Assembly (NCBI GenBank): GCA_963771465.1 | Contig: CAVYTU010000015.1 | Location: 1,152,001 to 1,216,000, forward strand | Direction: 5' to 3' | From: an uncultured delta proteobacterium | Lineage (GTDB): Bacteria > Desulfobacterota > Binatia > UBA9968 | DNA length: 64,000 nucleotides | In this document: positions 1 through 10,149 of the stretch, piece after piece | How positions within the stretch are numbered: position 1 is the stretch's first letter | Layout of the letters: every line of letters begins with the position of its first letter | The notes under the pieces: generated by a model | Database searches by the model: none | The model's input: only the letters and a program-made list of their open reading frames with translations | Told to the model about the DNA's origin: nothing | Made by a program: the position numbers and the translations under genes

Positions 1-2
1 CC

Positions 3-1073
3 AACGGCCGAGCCATCGTATCGGTGAACTTACCGCCAGAAGAACGGGGCCGAGCCTTGGGACTGACGTCAACGGCATTTCACATCGGCTTTCTTATCGG
101 GCCAGCGCTCGGCGGATTTTTGATCGACAGCATCGGCTGGCGCTGGATCTTTTACATCAATCTGCCGTTTAGCCTGGCCGGCGCCTATTTAGCTTGGAAG
201 GTTGTTCCGGAAACTCGCATGCCAGGCAAAACTTCGGTGGACTTCGCCGGCGCTTTGCTCCTCCTTCTGACCAATGGATTTTTTATCTATGCGATCGACC
301 AGCTGCCGCGGGTCGGTTGGCGTCATCCGACCTTTCTTTTGACTCTGGCGCTTGCCGCCATTGCGCTGCTTTGTCTGTTGCGCGCCGAAGCCCGAGCGAC
401 GATGCCGATACTGGTTCTCTCGATGTTTCGCGCGCGCCTTTTCAGCGCCGGCATTTCGAGTTTGTTCATCCTCGCCGCGACTCTTTCAGCGATCAATTTT
501 CTCCTGCCGTTTTTTCTCCAGAGTTTGCTCGGCTATTCGCCGACCCAGGTCGGTTGGATCATCGTCGCCGACTCGGTGATTATCATGGTAATGGCGCCCA
601 TCGCCGGCGCGCTATCCGATCGCTTCGGCTCTCGGGTTCTATGCACCACCGGCTGCGCCGTCGTGGCAATCGCGCAATTTTTCTTGGCGTCCGTCGATCT
701 CGACGCTTCGCTGGTGCGAATCATGCTCCCGCTGGTGCTTTGGGGCATCGGTTGGTCGCTCTTCAATGCGCCCAATCAAAGCTCCGTCCTCGGCGCGGTC
801 AGTTCGGAAAAACTTGGCGCCGCGGCCGGCATGATCGCCACCACGGCGCGCACCGGCGGCGCCATGGGCGTCGCTCTATCGGCAACCTTTTTAGGCTATC
901 TGCTCAGCGGCGCGGGTCTGACCAGCAGCCAGGTTAACTCCCCCGAGAGCTGGCGCGCCGCGCCGGAGATTTTTATCGGCGCGTTTTCTTCGACGATCTA
1001 TGTTTTGGCTGTATTCACGTTGCTCGCCGTTTTCTCCTCCGCGGTCCGAGGCGCGAAGCAAGACAACACGTGA
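3..1073 (+). CDS. MFS transporter, DHA2/EmrB-QacA-like (5'-truncated by window edge)
   Basis: Frame is open from position 3; many TM helices; motif C 'GFLIGPALGG', 'WRWIFYINLP' and second-half motif A 'GALSDRFGSR'. Confidence 0.9.
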   Translation, partial: NGRAIVSVNLPPEERGRALGLTSTAFHIGFLIGPALGGFLIDSIGWRWIFYINLPFSLAGAYLAWKVVPETRMPGKTSVDFAGALLLLLTNGFFIYAIDQLPRVGWRHPTFLLTLALAAIALLCLLRAEARATMPILVLSMFRARLFSAGISSLFILAATLSAINFLLPFFLQSLLGYSPTQVGWIIVADSVIIMVMAPIAGALSDRFGSRVLCTTGCAVVAIAQFFLASVDLDASLVRIMLPLVLWGIGWSLFNAPNQSSVLGAVSSEKLGAAAGMIATTARTGGAMGVALSATFLGYLLSGAGLTSSQVNSPESWRAAPEIFIGAFSSTIYVLAVFTLLAVFSSAVRGAKQDNT

Positions 1074-1163
1074 ATGATGCTCGAGGGAGAGATCGCGTGT
1101 TTTCACTAAACCGGTGCCAGCTTTGAAACCGCTTAAAAGACTGGAACCGCCTTCGACGTTCCC

Positions 1164-1193
1164 TTGACAGCAACTCCCCGGCTCTCTTACTCT
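1164..1193 (+). promoter_or_regulatory. Putative sigma70 promoter
   Basis: TTGACA-18 nt-TACTCT, followed by a GGAGG RBS and the ATG at 1222. Confidence 0.5.
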
Positions 1194-1221
1194 CCGGCCA
1201 TCTCGGCTGAGGGAGGCACCC

Positions 1222-2217
1222 ATGAAGCGTCGGTCAAGTTTAGCCCAGCTCGCGTTCGCCGCGCTATTAGCGCCTCAGCTCATGTTCACGGCAAAGTTGA
1301 TCGCCGCCGAAGGACCGGCGCTGCGCGGTGTCCACAATGCCTTGGGCGGCACCATGGCGCCGGTATTTGTCGCCCAAGAGCTCGGCCTGTTCACCAAGCA
1401 CGGCTTGGAGCACAGCCTCCAGTACATCGCCGCCACCACTGCCGTCCAGGCGCTTGCCGCTGGTAGCGAAGAAATTGGTTTGGTCGGCAATCAGTGTGTC
1501 GACGTCGCTCTGGAAGGCGCCGATACCGTCTACATCGCCGCCACCGCGTCGCGCTTTATTTTCCAACTCTACGGCGATCCGGCGATCAAGACCGTTACCG
1601 ACTTGAAAGGCAAAGTGATCGCCGCAACCCAGCCGGCCGCATCCACTGACTACGCCGCGAGGATTTTGCTGCGCAAATATGGCCTCGTGCCGGACAAGGA
1701 CGTGAAAATAATTTACGCCGGCAGCAGCCCGGCATTGTTGTCGATGTTAAAAGCGGGCAACGCCGTGGCCGGACTGATCAATGCGCCGGCGATCTATCAA
1801 GCGCGAGAGCTCGGCATGAAGCAGATCGTCAACGTCACTGAGCTGAATATTCCGTTTATCTTCGTCGCCGTTTGCACGACCAGGAGAGTCATCCAGCAAA
1901 AACCGGAAGCGATCACCCGCTATCTCAGAGCCTACACCGAAGCGATCTCGATCATCCTGCGCGACAAGGAAACCGCGCACAAGATCATGGCCAAATATAT
2001 GAAGATGGAAAATCGCCAATGGGTCGAAGCCGTCTATAACGACGTTGCCGGAGTGTTGCAGCGCATGCCTTACATGACCAAACTGGAAGTCCAAGCCGTG
2101 TTAGACATCGTCAAGAATCCCAAAGGCACGCAGGTCAAGCCGGATGATTTGTTCGACAACTCGTTCTTGCAGAAACTTGAGTTCAGCGGCTTCATCAATT
2201 CACTCTATGCGCGCTAG
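1222..2217 (+). CDS. ABC substrate-binding protein, SsuA/TauA/NMT1-like
   Basis: Signal peptide; 'AQELGLFTKHGL', 'DLKGKVIA', 'GLVPDKDV' and C-terminal 'FDNSFLQKLE..GFI' pattern. Confidence 0.85.
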   Translation: MKRRSSLAQLAFAALLAPQLMFTAKLIAAEGPALRGVHNALGGTMAPVFVAQELGLFTKHGLEHSLQYIAATTAVQALAAGSEEIGLVGNQCVDVALEGADTVYIAATASRFIFQLYGDPAIKTVTDLKGKVIAATQPAASTDYAARILLRKYGLVPDKDVKIIYAGSSPALLSMLKAGNAVAGLINAPAIYQARELGMKQIVNVTELNIPFIFVAVCTTRRVIQQKPEAITRYLRAYTEAISIILRDKETAHKIMAKYMKMENRQWVEAVYNDVAGVLQRMPYMTKLEVQAVLDIVKNPKGTQVKPDDLFDNSFLQKLEFSGFINSLYAR

Positions 2218-2273
2218 CCGTAGAACTCGAACCGTTCATTGATCCAAGCAACGAATACGAGCTACGATCACGC

Positions 2274-3395
2274 ATGTCTTGGTTCCTGCACATCGACATG
2301 GATGCGTTTTTCGCGTCAGTGGAAGAAGCGCTCGATCCCAGTCTCAAAGGCAAACCGGTGATCGTCGGCGGGCGCAACGGCCGCGGTGTGGTCACGTCGG
2401 CGTCCTACGCGGCGCGAAAGTTCGGCGTGCGCTCGGCGATGCCGGGCTTTCAAGCCAAAAAACTTTGTCCGCAAGGAGTTTTCTTGCCCAACCGGCGGCG
2501 AACTTATGTGGAGTTCTCACGCAAAGTCTTCGCCATCTTGGCGCAATACTCGCCCGCCGTGCAGGCGCTGTCGATTGACGAAGGCGTCGTCGATCTCACA
2601 GGCACCGAACGGCTCTTCGGCCCGCCGCTGAAAACCGCCGGTGACCTGATCGGTCGAATTGAACGGGAACTCGATCTGCCCTCCTCCGGCGGTTTATCGA
2701 CCAGCCGCGTGATCGCCAAGATCGCTGCGACTTTGGCCAAACCCCACGGCTTGATCTGCGTTCCCGCCGGCGCGGAGAAAGATTTTCTGGCGCCCCTGGG
2801 CGTGGAAATGATTCCCGGCGTTGGTCCCAAAACTCATCAATCTCTGCTCCAGCGCGGCATTAAAACCATCGGCGATCTATTGCAGAAACCGGAATCGGCC
2901 GCGCGCTATCTCGATCTTGGAGAATCGTCGCCACACCATCAACATCATGATCATTCGATCGGCAACGAAACGACTCTCGGCGCGCCGCTCAAGACTATCC
3001 CCGAAATGGAATCGGTGCTCTGGGAACTCGTCGAAGAAGTCGGCGCCAGACTGCGCCGCGAGGAATACTTCGCCCGCTGCCTCACTGTGAAAATCCGCTA
3101 CAGCAATTTCCAAACCATGACCCGCTCGCGCACGCTGACATCACCCACCTGCTTCGACAAGGAAATCTTCGAAGTGGTCAAAGATTTGTTGCGCCAAAAC
3201 GTCAGCCCGGGTCGCGCCGTGCGGCTGCTCGGCGTGAGCGCCAGCGCGCTGCAAGTCACTGGCTGGCAAGAGCCGCTGCTCGATCGCCAACAGCGCGGCA
3301 CAATGGAAAAACTATATAAAGGTATCGACCAGCTCAGAAAAAAATATGGCGAAGACGCCATCGGCGCCGCCACACCGCGCAAACGATCCGGTTGA
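2274..3395 (+). CDS. dinB: DNA polymerase IV (Y family)
   Basis: 'HIDMDAFFASVE', 'SYAARKFGVRSAM', 'SIDEG', 'AKIA..AKPHG', 'IPGVG' and a little-finger domain. Confidence 0.95.
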   Translation: MSWFLHIDMDAFFASVEEALDPSLKGKPVIVGGRNGRGVVTSASYAARKFGVRSAMPGFQAKKLCPQGVFLPNRRRTYVEFSRKVFAILAQYSPAVQALSIDEGVVDLTGTERLFGPPLKTAGDLIGRIERELDLPSSGGLSTSRVIAKIAATLAKPHGLICVPAGAEKDFLAPLGVEMIPGVGPKTHQSLLQRGIKTIGDLLQKPESAARYLDLGESSPHHQHHDHSIGNETTLGAPLKTIPEMESVLWELVEEVGARLRREEYFARCLTVKIRYSNFQTMTRSRTLTSPTCFDKEIFEVVKDLLRQNVSPGRAVRLLGVSASALQVTGWQEPLLDRQQRGTMEKLYKGIDQLRKKYGEDAIGAATPRKRSG

Positions 3396-3442
3396 TTTTC
3401 CCGGCAAAGCTTCATACTGTTTTGCCACCGTCGATCCGCAAC

Positions 3443-4477
3443 ATGTCACAAACCACACACCCTTTTCTTGCCGCTTGCCGCCGCGAACCGACTTCGTACA
3501 CTCCCGTTTGGCTGATGCGCCAAGCCGGCCGTTACATGGAGGAGTACCGCAAGCTGCGCGCGCAATACGGCTTTCTCGATCTCTGCAAGAAACCCGACCT
3601 CGCCACCGAGATTACCGTGACGCCGGTGCAGAGACTCGGTGTCGACGCGGCGATTCTCTTCGCCGACATTCTATTAATCCTCGAACCCATGGGTGTCGGC
3701 CTGGAATACTCCAAAGGCGACGGCCCGGTGATCCATCGCCCGGTGCGCAGCGGCAAAGACATCGACGGCTTGAAAGAGTTCGACGTCGAGCGCGAGCTGG
3801 CGTTTGTCTACGAAGCGGTTAGAAAAATCTGCAAAGAGCTAAAAAACAAGGTGCCGCTGATCGGCTTCGCCGGCGCGCCGTTCACGCTCGCTTCCTATCT
3901 CATCGAAGGCAGCGGCTCGCGCAACTACATCCACACCAAAAGACTTTTTTATGGTGCTCCCGAAGCCTGGAAGCGCTTGATGGAGCGGCTGGCCAAGGTG
4001 ATCGGCGAATATTTGAACTGCCAGATCGCCGCCGGCGCACAAGTCGTGCAAATCTTCGACAGTTGGGCCGGCAGTCTGACGCCGTTCGACTATCAACAAT
4101 TCGTTCAACCCTATACCAAAGCCGTCATCGATGCGGTTGCGTCCGGCACACCGGTGATCCATTTCAGCACCGGCACCGCCGGCATATTGAAGCACATCCG
4201 CGCCGGCGGCGGCGACGTGATCGGGCTCGACTGGCGGATCAATCTCGATGAAGGCTGGGCCGCCGTCGGACATGATGTCGCCGTGCAAGGCAATCTCGAT
4301 CCGGTCGCGTTGTTCGCGTCGCCCAAAGAAATCAAAAGTCGAGTGGGAGAAATTCTCCGGCGCGCCGCCCGCAGGCCCGGACACATTTTCAACCTCGGCC
4401 ATGGCGTCCTGCCCGAAACTCCAGTCGACCATGTCGTCGCCATGGTCGACGCCGTGCACGAGCTCAGCGCACGGTAA
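3443..4477 (+). CDS. hemE: Uroporphyrinogen decarboxylase
   Basis: 'PVWLMRQAGRYMEEY', 'QIFDSWAG', 'QGNLDP', 'FNLGHG'. ATG at 3443 preferred over the ORF-track start at 3392. Confidence 0.97.
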   Translation: MSQTTHPFLAACRREPTSYTPVWLMRQAGRYMEEYRKLRAQYGFLDLCKKPDLATEITVTPVQRLGVDAAILFADILLILEPMGVGLEYSKGDGPVIHRPVRSGKDIDGLKEFDVERELAFVYEAVRKICKELKNKVPLIGFAGAPFTLASYLIEGSGSRNYIHTKRLFYGAPEAWKRLMERLAKVIGEYLNCQIAAGAQVVQIFDSWAGSLTPFDYQQFVQPYTKAVIDAVASGTPVIHFSTGTAGILKHIRAGGGDVIGLDWRINLDEGWAAVGHDVAVQGNLDPVALFASPKEIKSRVGEILRRAARRPGHIFNLGHGVLPETPVDHVVAMVDAVHELSAR

Positions 4478-4486
4478 ATCGATGCC

Positions 4487-5428
4487 ATGTCCAACTCCTA
4501 CGACGCTATACTTCTCATCGCCTTCGGCGGCCCCAGCCGTGCCGAAGAAATTCGTCCATTCCTAGGCCGCGTCGCCCAAGGCGTTGCGATACCGCCGAAC
4601 CGTCTCGAGGAAGTCGCCCATCACTACGAAGCCGTCGGCGGTAAATCACCGCTCAACGAAATCACCTTCCGACAAGCAAATGCATTAAGCAATGTCTTGA
4701 CCGGTCGACTGCCTGTCTACGTCGGCATGCGCAACGCGAGTCCGTTCTTCAACGAGACGCTAAAACAAATGGCCGACGACGGCATCAGGCGCGCCTTAGG
4801 TTTCATCCTTTCGTCACACCGAAGCGAAGCGAGTTGGGAGCGCTATCAGCAAAATATTGCCGATGCGCGCTTGCAACTCGGCACCACGTCACCCCAAGTC
4901 GACTACTGCAGCGGTTGGCATGATCATCCATTGTTCATTCAAAGCTGGGTGGAACGCATTCAAGAAGTTCTGCAAAAAATTGTTTCCCATGGGCGACAAA
5001 GCCCGCCGCTGATCTTCACCGCGCATAGCTTGCCGAAGGCGATGGCGGCGCGCTCGCCTTATGTTGAGCAGTTGGAAACCAGCGCACGATTAATCGCCGA
5101 CAAACTCAAACTTCAGCGTTGGTCGCTGGCTTATCAGAGCCGCAGCGGCAAACCATCGGACCCCTGGCTAGAACCGGACATTAGCCAAGCGTTTCGTGAC
5201 TGCGCTGCCAATGGCGAAAAACAAATCATAGTCGCGCCCATCGGCTTCGTTTGCGACCATGTCGAAGTGCTTTACGACCTGGACATCGAGGCAAAGCAGA
5301 TCGCCGCCGACCTCGGCCTCGATCTAAGTCGAGTCAGCTGCCCAAACGATCATCCGACTTTCGTTGCCATGATGGCTGACGTTATCGAAAATCATATTAA
5401 GCAGGTCGAGGCTAGAGGAAGCGGATGA
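4487..5428 (+). CDS. hemH: Ferrochelatase (HemH; CpfC-like)
   Basis: 'FGGP', 'HYEAVGGKSPL', 'FTAHSLP', 'YQSRSG..PWLEPD', 'GFVCDHVEVLYDLD'. Confidence 0.95.
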   Translation: MSNSYDAILLIAFGGPSRAEEIRPFLGRVAQGVAIPPNRLEEVAHHYEAVGGKSPLNEITFRQANALSNVLTGRLPVYVGMRNASPFFNETLKQMADDGIRRALGFILSSHRSEASWERYQQNIADARLQLGTTSPQVDYCSGWHDHPLFIQSWVERIQEVLQKIVSHGRQSPPLIFTAHSLPKAMAARSPYVEQLETSARLIADKLKLQRWSLAYQSRSGKPSDPWLEPDISQAFRDCAANGEKQIIVAPIGFVCDHVEVLYDLDIEAKQIAADLGLDLSRVSCPNDHPTFVAMMADVIENHIKQVEARGSG

Positions 5429-5465
5429 AAGATCGCAATCCTCTATCCTCGATTCTCCATCCTCA
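5407..5465. repeat. Heptamer (ATCCTCG-type) tandem/inverted repeat, family A copy 1
   Basis: atcctct-atcctcg-attctcc-atcctca (5438-5465), with degenerate inverted GAGGAT-type units overlapping the hemH 3' end. Confidence 0.7.
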
Positions 5466-5477
5466 ACCGGCGCTTCG

Positions 5478-6917
5478 ATGAAGCGCGTGATAGTTATCGG
5501 CGGCGGTATCGCGGGCCTCGCGGCTGCGCATCGTGTCACTGAACTTGCCGAAGAAAAATCCCTCGGCTTGCAATTAACGCTTCTCGAAGCCTCGAATCGT
5601 CTCGGCGGCGCCATCGCCACCGAACACGTCGGCGATTTTCTCGTCGAAGCTGGACCGGACTCATTCATCACTGAGAAACCCTGGGCGCTTCGCCTATGTG
5701 AGCGGATCGGACTCACTTCCCGTCTGGTTTCGACGCAGTCCGCGTATCAGAAAATCTCCATCGTTCATGGCGGCAAGCTGGTTGAACTTCCCGAAGGTTT
5801 CTTGCTACTCGCGCCAACGCGCGTTTGGCCGTTCATCCAATCGCCGCTCTTTTCTTGGCCCGGCAAGGTGCGCATGGCGAGCGAACTATTTCTTCCACGC
5901 AGTGAAAATAAAGAGGATGAAAGTCTCGGCGCTTTCGTACGGCGCCGCTTCGGCAGCGAAGCCCTCGAGCGGGTCGCTCAACCGCTGGTCGGCGGCATCT
6001 ATGCCTCCGATCCCGACAAGCTCAGCCTAACGGCAACCATGCCGCGCTTCAAAGAAATGGAGCGACAGAAGCGCAGTGTGATTTACGCTATGTGGTCGGC
6101 CCAGCGAGCACAGGCGAAAAAGCGCCAGGTAGGCAGCGGCGCGCGCTGGAGTTTGTTCGTCACGCTCAGCGGCGGCATGCAGGAGCTTGTCGACGCCATC
6201 GCGCAGCGCCTTTCCGAAGGCGTCGTTCGCTTGAATGCTCCGGCGACGGACTTAAATCGCAACGCCGACAACACTTGGCGTGTCACAGTGGACGGCAAAG
6301 AAATCATCGAAGCCGACGCGGTCATCCTCGCCGCGCCGGCGTATCACGCCGGCCAGCTGCTCGAATCGATCGCAGCTAACGCCACGGCTGATGTGAAAAA
6401 TATTTCCTACGCTTCCACGGCCACCGTCAGCCTTGCTTATCGCAGCGAAGATTTTGCGCGCGCGCCGGACAGCTTCGGCTTCGTCGTACCGGCAATAGAA
6501 AAACGAAAGATCATGGCCTGCACCTTCAGCAGCTTGAAATATCCGGGCCGGGCACCACAGGGCTACATTCTGCTGCGCGCCTTCGTCGGTGGCAGCCTGC
6601 AGCCTGAATTGTTTTGCGCTGACGATCAAATGATGGAGAAAAATGTTCGCGACGAGCTAGCGTCTTTGCTCGGCGTTACGGCCCAACCGCGATTCGCCCG
6701 CGTCTGGCGCCACCCCAACTCCATGCCGCAATATCACGTTGGCCACGAAGCGCGCGTGGAACGTATTGAAACGGCATTGCGGCAATTCCCTTCCCTTACG
6801 CTTGCCGGCAGCGCCTATCACGGCGTTGGCATCTCCGACTGTGTGCGCACCGGCGAAGAAGCTGCGGAGGTTGTCGTTGGACACTTGGTCACGAATTCCG
6901 TACCGCTTTCTCCTTGA
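5478..6917 (+). CDS. hemY: Protoporphyrinogen/coproporphyrinogen oxidase (HemY-type flavoprotein)
   Basis: Rossmann 'IGGGIAGLAAA', 'EAGPDSF', 'PLVGGIYA', 'MPQYHVGH', 'GVGISDCV'; lies in an operon with hemE and hemH. Confidence 0.95.
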   Translation: MKRVIVIGGGIAGLAAAHRVTELAEEKSLGLQLTLLEASNRLGGAIATEHVGDFLVEAGPDSFITEKPWALRLCERIGLTSRLVSTQSAYQKISIVHGGKLVELPEGFLLLAPTRVWPFIQSPLFSWPGKVRMASELFLPRSENKEDESLGAFVRRRFGSEALERVAQPLVGGIYASDPDKLSLTATMPRFKEMERQKRSVIYAMWSAQRAQAKKRQVGSGARWSLFVTLSGGMQELVDAIAQRLSEGVVRLNAPATDLNRNADNTWRVTVDGKEIIEADAVILAAPAYHAGQLLESIAANATADVKNISYASTATVSLAYRSEDFARAPDSFGFVVPAIEKRKIMACTFSSLKYPGRAPQGYILLRAFVGGSLQPELFCADDQMMEKNVRDELASLLGVTAQPRFARVWRHPNSMPQYHVGHEARVERIETALRQFPSLTLAGSAYHGVGISDCVRTGEEAAEVVVGHLVTNSVPLSP

Positions 6918-6973
6918 CGCCTTCACGAAAGCCGGATTATGAAATGAATCGGTGGTAAGGAGTATTTTTTCTT

Positions 6974-7816
6974 ATGATGATCATCGATTCTCAAGTTCAC
7001 ATCTGGGCGCCGGAAACGGCGGAAAAACCGTATGCCAAAGAGAATGCGTCGCCGCCCCACCGCGCCATGGCTCTCGGCCACGATGAACTGTTGCGCGAGA
7101 TGGACGGCGCCGGGGTTTCGCGCTGCATTCTGGTGCCGCCGACCTGGGAAGCCGACCGCAACGACACTTCACTGGAAGCAGCCCGGCTCCACCCCGATCG
7201 CTTCCGCGTCATGGGCAAACTCGCGCTGACCAATCCTAACGGCCCCGCGCTGATGGCGACCTGGAATCAGCAGCCGCATATGCTCGGTATCCGCATGACA
7301 TTTAACGCCGGACGCGCCAGGCAATGGATCGAAGATGGCACCGCCGACTGGTTTTGGGACGCTGCGGAAAAGTACAATGTCGCGGTCATGGCGTTCGCGC
7401 CGAACTCCGTGGCGAAGCTCGGCGAGGTCGCCGAGCGCCATCCCGGCCTGCGCCTGATCATCGATCATATGGGTTTGAGCTCGGCGTTGCGCGGCAAGTC
7501 GCTCGAACCCGCGGTCGCCAACGTCATCAAACTCGCGCGTCTGAAAAACGTCGCGGTGAAAGTTTCCGCGCTGCCCTGTTACGTTGACGAGCCTTATCCC
7601 TTTCCGACGCTCCCACCGTTGGTGCGCCGCGTCGTCGACGCCTTCGGGCCGGAGCGCTGTTTCTGGGGCACCGACCTGTCGCACTTGCCTTGCCCTTACA
7701 AGCAAGGGGTCACGTTGTTCACCGAAGAGATGGAGTCGCTGACGACCCATGAGCTGGAATGGATTATGGGCCGCGGCCTTGCCGAATGGCTCAATTGGCC
7801 CCTGCCAAAATCATAG
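6974..7816 (+). CDS. Amidohydrolase_2 family protein
   Basis: 'IIDSQVHIW', 'IIDHMG', 'NVAVKVS', 'FGPERCFWGTD'. Confidence 0.85.
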   Translation: MMIIDSQVHIWAPETAEKPYAKENASPPHRAMALGHDELLREMDGAGVSRCILVPPTWEADRNDTSLEAARLHPDRFRVMGKLALTNPNGPALMATWNQQPHMLGIRMTFNAGRARQWIEDGTADWFWDAAEKYNVAVMAFAPNSVAKLGEVAERHPGLRLIIDHMGLSSALRGKSLEPAVANVIKLARLKNVAVKVSALPCYVDEPYPFPTLPPLVRRVVDAFGPERCFWGTDLSHLPCPYKQGVTLFTEEMESLTTHELEWIMGRGLAEWLNWPLPKS

Positions 7817-7953
7817 GTTGCACATGGACGAATCCTTCGTTCTCCAAAAATCTTACTTCGCTACTTTCATATCGCAAACATTTCCATAAAATAACTACTA
7901 ATAGCGTTAGCGCATCGTCGCACCGCGTGACGCCAAAAGCTTCCTGATGGCGG

Positions 7954-9265
7954 ATGACTCGCGGGGAGTGTTTGGTCATTCTTACCAAGAAAACACTTCT
8001 AACTTGGATCGTATTCTTCCTCGGCGTCGAGTGCGCGGCAGTTGCGGCTCAAAACAACGAGCTGCGCTTTGTGACTTGGCGACCGGAAGATCCCCAGGTT
8101 TGGAATCAGGGCATCGCGGACTTCGAGAGGCAAAATCCCGGAGTGAAGGTTATCCGCGAGATCGGCCCGCAATCTTCGACCCAGCTCCACGACCTGGTTG
8201 CGCAGAAATTGAAGAATCGGGATACCCGACTCGACGTTTTTGTCATGGACGTCATCTGGCCCACCGAGTTTGCATCGGCCGGTTGGGCCTTGCCGCTGGA
8301 TCGCTATTTCACTACGAGTGAGCAGAAAAAATTTCTCGGCGCACCGGTGGCAGCCAATCAGTATCGCGGGCAGATTTTCGGCGTGCCGCTATTTATCGAC
8401 GCCGGGGTGCTGTACTACCGCAGGGATCTGTTAGAAAAACATAAGCTGTCACCGCCGCGCACCTGGCCCGAGCTCGTCGAAGCCGCCAAAACCATCCTCG
8501 CCCGTGAGCACGATCCGCAACTCGTCGGTTTCTCCGGCCAGTTCAAGCAGTACGAAGGTCTCGTTTGCAACATGATGGAATATATTCTCGGCAATGGCGG
8601 CGCCCTATGGGACCCAACGCGCATGGTAAGCACGCTCGACAGCCCTGCGGCGCTTGCCGCGGTGCGCTTTGTTCGCGATCGCATTATCGGCGAGATTTCC
8701 CACCGCGGTGTGCTCGCCTACGAAGAGCCGGAATCGCTCGCGCTCTTCACCCAAGGACGGGCAATTTTTCACCGCAACTGGCCCTATGCTTGGGCCGTCG
8801 CTAACGATCCGGAAAAATCTCAGATCGCGGGCAAGGTCGCCATGAGTCCCGCTGCCGGGATTTTCCCCCGGCAATGGAGTCGCTGCGCTGGGCGGCTGGC
8901 AGGTGGGCATCAGCCGATTCTCGAACAAACCCGACCTGGCCTGGCGTTTTGCGGCGTTCATGACCGGCGAAGAAATGCAAAAGCGCATCGCCCTCGCCAC
9001 CGGCCGCGCGCCGACGCGGCTCGCGCTCTACCATGATCCGGAAATTCAGGGCAAGATTCAGACGTTGAAATCGCTGCTCGAAACGTTCAAGCAAGCCGTG
9101 CCGCGTCCGGCGACGCCGGTCTACGTGCCGTTGTCGAATATCATGCAGCGCTATTTCAGCTCGGTGTTGGCCCTGCCGAGCACGGACGTCAACGCGCGCG
9201 CCGCGCTCGCCGCGCGCGACATGAATCGCGCCCTGGACCTTGTGCGTGAAAGGCCGGCGCCATGA
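7954..9265 (+). CDS. Sugar ABC transporter substrate-binding protein (trehalose/maltose-like); +1 frameshift near 8850
   Basis: 'MDVIWPTEFA', 'LYYRRDLL', 'QYEGLVC', 'RNWPYAW'. Removing one C at ~8850 restores 'PLPGFSPGNGVAALGGWQVGIS' and joins ORF 8903-9265. Confidence 0.85.
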
Positions 9266-10149
9266 AAAGCTCGCAGCGCCTTGCGGCCGTCTTTCTGTTG
9301 CCGAGCTTTCTTTTCGTCGCGCTCTTCTCCATCTTCCCCATCGTCGAATCGTTTCGCCTGAGCTTCTACCGGCTGATTCTGACCCTGCCGTGGTTCGGTC
9401 AGAAAATGGTCGGCTGGGAGAACTACGCCGATCTTTTGACCGATCCCGTGGCGCTCGCGGCGATTAGGACGACGCTGATTTTCATCGGCGTGACCGTCTC
9501 GCTGGAATTGTTTCTCGGCTTGGGCATCGCGCTGGTATTGAACGAAGCTTTTCGCGGCCGGGGACTTCTGCGCGCCGTCGTGCTCATTCCGTGGGCGATT
9601 CCGACCGTGGTTTCTTCGCAAATGTGGCGTTTCATATTTAACGACCGCTACGGCCTGGCGAATCTAATGCTGTTCGGCGCCGACACATCGCGCTATCTGT
9701 CCCCGCTGGCCGAGCCCGATTTGGCACTGACCGCGATTACGATCGCGGAGATCTGGAAGACCACGCCCTTCGCCGCGCTGATTATTTTGGCCGGCCTGCA
9801 AGGCATTGCCGACGACCTTTACGAGGCGGCGAGCATCGACGGCGCCACGGCGTGGCAAAAATTTCGCCATGTCACCTTGCCGCTGCTCAAGCCGGCCCTG
9901 CTTCTGGCATTGTTATTCCGCACCATCGATGCCCTGCGCGTGTTCGATCTGGTATTTGTCATGACTCAAGGCGGCCCGGCCGACGCGACCAATGTCCTGC
10001 AATTCTATGGCTATAAAAAAACCTTCGCGGAAGGGATGATCGGCTATGGCTCAGCCATCGCCGTGGCGGTGTTTTTGATGTCGCTGGTTCTGTCGCTGGT
10101 CTATCTGCGCGCATTCAAGACCAGCCGCGTAGAGGGGACAACGCCATGA
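9262..10149 (+). CDS. Sugar ABC transporter permease (MalF/UgpA-like)
   Basis: EAA loop 'LYEAASIDGATAWQKFRHVTLPLL'; ATGA overlap with the SBP gene. Confidence 0.93.
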   Translation: MKSSQRLAAVFLLPSFLFVALFSIFPIVESFRLSFYRLILTLPWFGQKMVGWENYADLLTDPVALAAIRTTLIFIGVTVSLELFLGLGIALVLNEAFRGRGLLRAVVLIPWAIPTVVSSQMWRFIFNDRYGLANLMLFGADTSRYLSPLAEPDLALTAITIAEIWKTTPFAALIILAGLQGIADDLYEAASIDGATAWQKFRHVTLPLLKPALLLALLFRTIDALRVFDLVFVMTQGGPADATNVLQFYGYKKTFAEGMIGYGSAIAVAVFLMSLVLSLVYLRAFKTSRVEGTTP

